Assembly: GCF_009914755.1 (NCBI RefSeq)
Contig: NC_060926.1
Origin: the human T2T-CHM13v2.0 reference genome, Homo sapiens
DNA length: 64,000 nucleotides
Reading direction: 5' to 3' (one strand)
Shown: piece by piece, positions 59,874 through 64,000 of the stretch
Layout of the letters: every line of letters starts with the position of its first letter
Position numbering within the stretch: the first letter of the stretch is position 1
Notes under the pieces: model-generated
Seen by the model: only the letters and a program-made list of their open reading frames with translations
Database searches by the model: none
What the model was told of the DNA's origin: nothing
Made by a program: the position numbers and the translations under genes

Positions 59874-59954
59874 TTAGGTTGGTGCAAAAGTTATAGCGGC
59901 TTTTGCCATTAAAAGTAAGGGCAAGAACCGCAAATTACTTTTGCACAAACCTAA
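59874..59954. mobile_element. MADE1 (Hsmar1-derived MITE)
   Basis: ttaggttggtgcaaaagt...ttttgccatt-aaaagt-aagggcaa...acttttgcacaaacctaa: an approximately 80-bp palindrome of Hsmar1 terminal inverted repeats. Confidence 0.93.
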
Positions 59955-60190
59955 TAATAACAGCTAGCCTCATATGACATTTACTATGTGCCAGGCAGCA
60001 TTCTAAGTCCTTTAACTCAATTTATTCTCACTACAAACTAATAAGGCAGATGTGATTATTTTCTTACATCTGATCAAACAGTGGAGGTACGGAGAGGTTA
60101 AGTAGTTTACCTAGGGTCGCACAGCTGGTGAGTAGAACCAGAAACCCAAGCAGTCTGGCTCCAGAATCCTTGCTCTTAATTACTAAATTA
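59955..60190 (-). mobile_element. MIR SINE
   Basis: tactatgtgccaggca...gagaggttaagtagtttacctagggtcgcacagct...cagtctggctccaga. Confidence 0.85.
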
Positions 60191-60289
60191 TTCTGCTTCT
60201 CATTATTATTGTGTACCTTTACTGACAAACTTCTAGACTGAGAGGGAACCATTAGACAACAATCCTTGAGTAAAACTGCAAATTATTCA

Positions 60290-60359
60290 CAAAACAATGC
60301 ACATACTACAATCTCTGATAACCCAAGTTAACAGAGATTGTAGTATGTGCATTGTTTTG
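60290..60359. repeat. Perfect 28-bp inverted repeat with 14-nt spacer
   Basis: caaaacaatgcacatactacaatctctg (60290-60317) is the exact reverse complement of cagagattgtagtatgtgcattgttttg (60332-60359). Confidence 0.97.
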
Positions 60360-63300
60360 AGGGCTTTGCCAAATGCTTTCCTGAACACTAAGTGCTATAT
60401 AGCACAGACCTGACCTACTTCTCTAGTATTCCTCAATTTCTTTTGTGTGCCCTCAGACTATAAAGTCCTGGGAGTTACAGACCACAACTACACTTCCTCT
60501 TGTATCTCCCAGAGCACCTACTACAGCATGAACACACAACAGAAAGTTTTATCTTTGATAGATGGTAGCAAAAGCCAAGGAGATTTTCCCTGAGTTAAAT
60601 TCTGTGGGAACTAACGACAAAGTTTAAAGTGGGGTTGGGGGTGGGGGGCCACTTTAGCTCTTTAGCTTTCAAATTCTCTAGTACAGATTCTCTGACATGA
60701 GCAGAGACAGGGATGTTAATGGTCTCCAAGCCACTGGCCATGATGGCTTGACCCTTGGTCACCCCATCCCATTCTTCAGCTCATTCCCTTCAAGCCCTCC
60801 ATAGCCTTGGGAGGCTGGGTGTTTCTATAAGTATTTGAAGAGCACAACCTGCACCTCATTCTTATTTGCATATCCCAAGGTGCCTGTCAGAGTGGGTGTA
60901 GCACACAAAGAGGGGTTTGAAAACTCCCAACTAAAACTTCACCTAAGGACTCTACTATAAGCAAGCCCTCCACAGTTATATTCAAAGTTGGAAAAATAAA
61001 ATTTAGCCCTTTATCGCACACAAATACCTAGGGATTTCTCCTCTGGGAGACAACAATCCAAAACACTCAATAAGAAAATGACTTAGACAATACAACATAA
61101 GAAGGCAACAATACGCTAAACATTTCTCATGTATCCAAGTTGTTTATATGTTTGGGGAAGGGTCATATCTGAGTTTTCCTTCATTGTCTTTTCCTCCCCC
61201 AATTAGCTACATACCTATTCCCTAACTCTAATAAATCTTCACCTTATTACTTCTAAGTGGGAGACAAATTTGAAAATAGTAGTAAAGATGATAATTGGAG
61301 ATATCAAGGAAAGTCAATTTCCTTATTTCCACCTCTCAGTTCCTTAGAAGATCTGGCTCTTTGGCTACTAAAGGACCCCCCAATTTTTCACATGGGAATG
61401 AAAACAGATTTTGGCTACCTTAGAACTTCTTGTTTTTCAAGAGCGTAATACACAATGACCCTTCTGGGCACTTAGAGACCAACAGATCTTTCTTTACCTA
61501 GACTCACATTCATAAGAAGTTCCCAAATTCGATTTCCCTTTTTCTTAAGAATTGCTATTCTACATGATTTACCCAGAAGCCAATAAGTAACTAACTAGGT
61601 CCAACCCAGAAATACTGCTTACTTCCAGACTGGCAGCCATTTAATGAGTAATTAACCACCCCATACTTTCTATCAAGGATGCTTGTATTGCTAGGGTAAA
61701 GGTATCCTTTATGTCTAAATGATGCCATAAAACAGGCCTTTGCCAGAAATACGCCCTCATTTATCATATGAAATGCCATGTGGTATTAGCAAGGTCAATA
61801 ATGTTTGTTTAATATATTTTGCTTTCATAGGAGCTTGAAATGATTTGTTTTTGCAGCTGTAACAGAGTTAAATTAGGGATTTAGCTTCAGCTTAGCTAGT
61901 TGAGCATATATAACTAGGAGCTATTAATTATCTGCCTAGAATCCTTTGGTCATCTTCCCACAACTTACAGCATCCTTGGAGGACTAAGTTACACCAAAAG
62001 CAGCCAGATTTTATCCTCGGGTAATTAATCTTGGCTTCTTGGTTACTAAGGGGAGGCTAAAAATTTGAGTTTTTATTTCTTATTCCACAACTCCCCCCAC
62101 TAAGCATATAAATGTTATTAGTACATAGATTTTTTTCTAAAGTTGAGCAAGGAATTTAAGATAAAATCTTAGTGCAAAGGCTAGTTTCAGACATCCATTC
62201 CCACAAATAAAGAACTAAAAAGCACAACTTTTCTGCCCTTAAAGCACCAATAATCAGCCCCCTTCTCTTTTTCTTTCTTCTCATACTGCTGTTCAGGCTT
62301 AAACAGAGTACGGGGAGAGGAAGTTAGCTACAAAGATAAACTCATCAAAAGCCTGTCCTACAATTCTAATTGCCCTCTACCTGTTTGTGAATGATAGCTG
62401 GGAGCAACCGCTGAAAAGCTTTGGGGGAAAAAATGCAGGGAGGAAAATAAGGCAGGGGAGAGGAGAGAGAGGAGAGGAAAGAGGAGGTAGGGTGGGGCAA
62501 AGAAAAACTAGAGTGCAATTCAAACAAAAATGAAACTCTCTCTCTCTCAAACACACAAAGAGGAGGAAAATGCCCCCCCACCCCCCACCCCAGGTCCTAA
62601 CAACATACTTCTTTATCAGAGGTTCATTGTCAATCAATTAGCCCAGGCAGCAGGGGTCTGTGATGGTGGGGGGCACCCAGGGAAACAATGGACAGCCCTG
62701 TTGTATTACTATTTAATCACTTTTGCTAAATAAATAGAGCAGCCCCGAGGTGCTGTCATGTCAAGGGAATTTATAACAAAAAAAACTTCATTTTTCATTG
62801 GTCATTACTTTTTTCCCTCCAGGACAAGAGAGGGTTATTACTGTAGCCTTAAGTTCCATCTTTGTGTTTCTTGCCTTTGATTCCCACTCAGACCCTGCCA
62901 CTTTCTGGCACTAATTTGTCAGGCTGAACAAAGAGGGGATTTGTACCTCCTGTAAGGTCTCAATTAGGAATGGCTTCTGCTGTATTATGTGCCATTCAGA
63001 GAAGACACAATGCCGGTAATTACAGGAATTTGCACTAAATGGCTGAAGAATTCACAGCAAAACTTCTCCCCACCACCTCTTGGGTTTACCCCTCCCAAGG
63101 GTTGGAGGGAAAAAAAGAAAAGCAAAAAAGCTCTTAATGCCAGAGAGATGTAATTACCAACAGCAGTCCCAAGAGGTTAAACAGCAGCCAAGGAGTAAAA
63201 CCATAAAATCTGACACAGTGAAAATGGTGTAGGGGATCCCCCAGGCTCACTGTTTTTCTTGCTGTCTTTGCTGTTAACATGTTCAAATTCAGTTCAGAAT

Positions 63301-63571
63301 TGGGAACACTGCCCTACAGTGGGCCATCCAATTTCATCTCCAGATTACAAAACAGTCATACAAGGAACACTTCCAAAGGTGAGCTTTGCATCTCTTGTCA
63401 CACTCAGAAACAAGTCCTTGGGCCCTTTTATTATAGTACTCAATTGCAAGGTTTCTTGATTGCTAGGAAATTATAGGAAAAATATCTGTGTGTGCTAGTG
63501 CCAAGAAAACTATGTATCTATTAAGTGCAAATAGGTAGGTACAAATGTCAAATTCCTAAAGAAAACAGAGC

Positions 63572-63829
63572 TGCTTAGATAGGAGGAATAAGTTCTAGTG
63601 TTCAATAGCACTATAGGATGACTATAGTTAACAATAATACGTAGTTTCAAATACCTAGAAGGGAGATACTGAATGTTCCCAACACAAAGAAATGATAAAT
63701 GTTTGAGATAATGGATATGCTAATTACCCTGATCTGATCACTATACATATGTATTGCAATATCACTATGTACCCCATAAAGATGTATATTGTGTCAATTA
63801 AAACTTTTTTTAACTAAAAAAAAAAAAAG
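63572..63829 (+). mobile_element. L1MA 3' end
   Basis: taggaggaataagttctagtgttc...gaatgttcccaacacaaagaaatgataaatgtttgag... followed by an A tail. Confidence 0.85.
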
Positions 63830-64000
63830 AGCTATTGCCTTAATCTAATTTATATGGCATTTTGTGAATAACCTAATATAGAATCACATACAGGTACACA
63901 CTTCATAAATATTTTAATAAGCTGTATAGTCATTTGTTTTAGCATTAATACTATAGCACCACAGATTCCCCATTGCCAAACACAATTTTAAACCTCAACC

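Noticed and set aside
60631-60648. G-rich run as a G-quadruplex (also the C-run at 62573-62591)
   Set aside because: Only three clearly separated G-tracts, so the evidence is weak.

Overview
Human genomic DNA (it contains an AluYa5 element, a human-lineage subfamily) lying inside the PLEKHM3 gene, which is transcribed on the minus strand. Three coding exons are present: 38617-38762, 23174-23367 and 754-817. They have GT-AG boundaries, splice in frame, and encode most of the Cys/His-rich C-terminal Rubicon-homology (DUF4206) domain. The rest is intron, dense with about 32 Alus, old L1M/L2/L3/MIR fragments, hAT and mariner-derived DNA transposons and a MER21-like LTR. Most ORFs in the supplied track are repeat-derived or spurious. 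I see no evidence of a new multi-gene system. The most notable unexplained structures are a perfect 28-bp inverted repeat forming a pre-miRNA-sized hairpin (60290-60359) about 335 nt from a MADE1 hairpin, a 47-bp minisatellite alternating GATA and RUNX motifs beside ETS motifs, a very young AluYa5 that could pair with an inverted AluY across a coding exon, a cryptic stop-containing acceptor upstream of that exon, and several repeat-free motif-dense enhancer candidates. Repeat subfamily calls and old-repeat boundaries were made by eye and are approximate.
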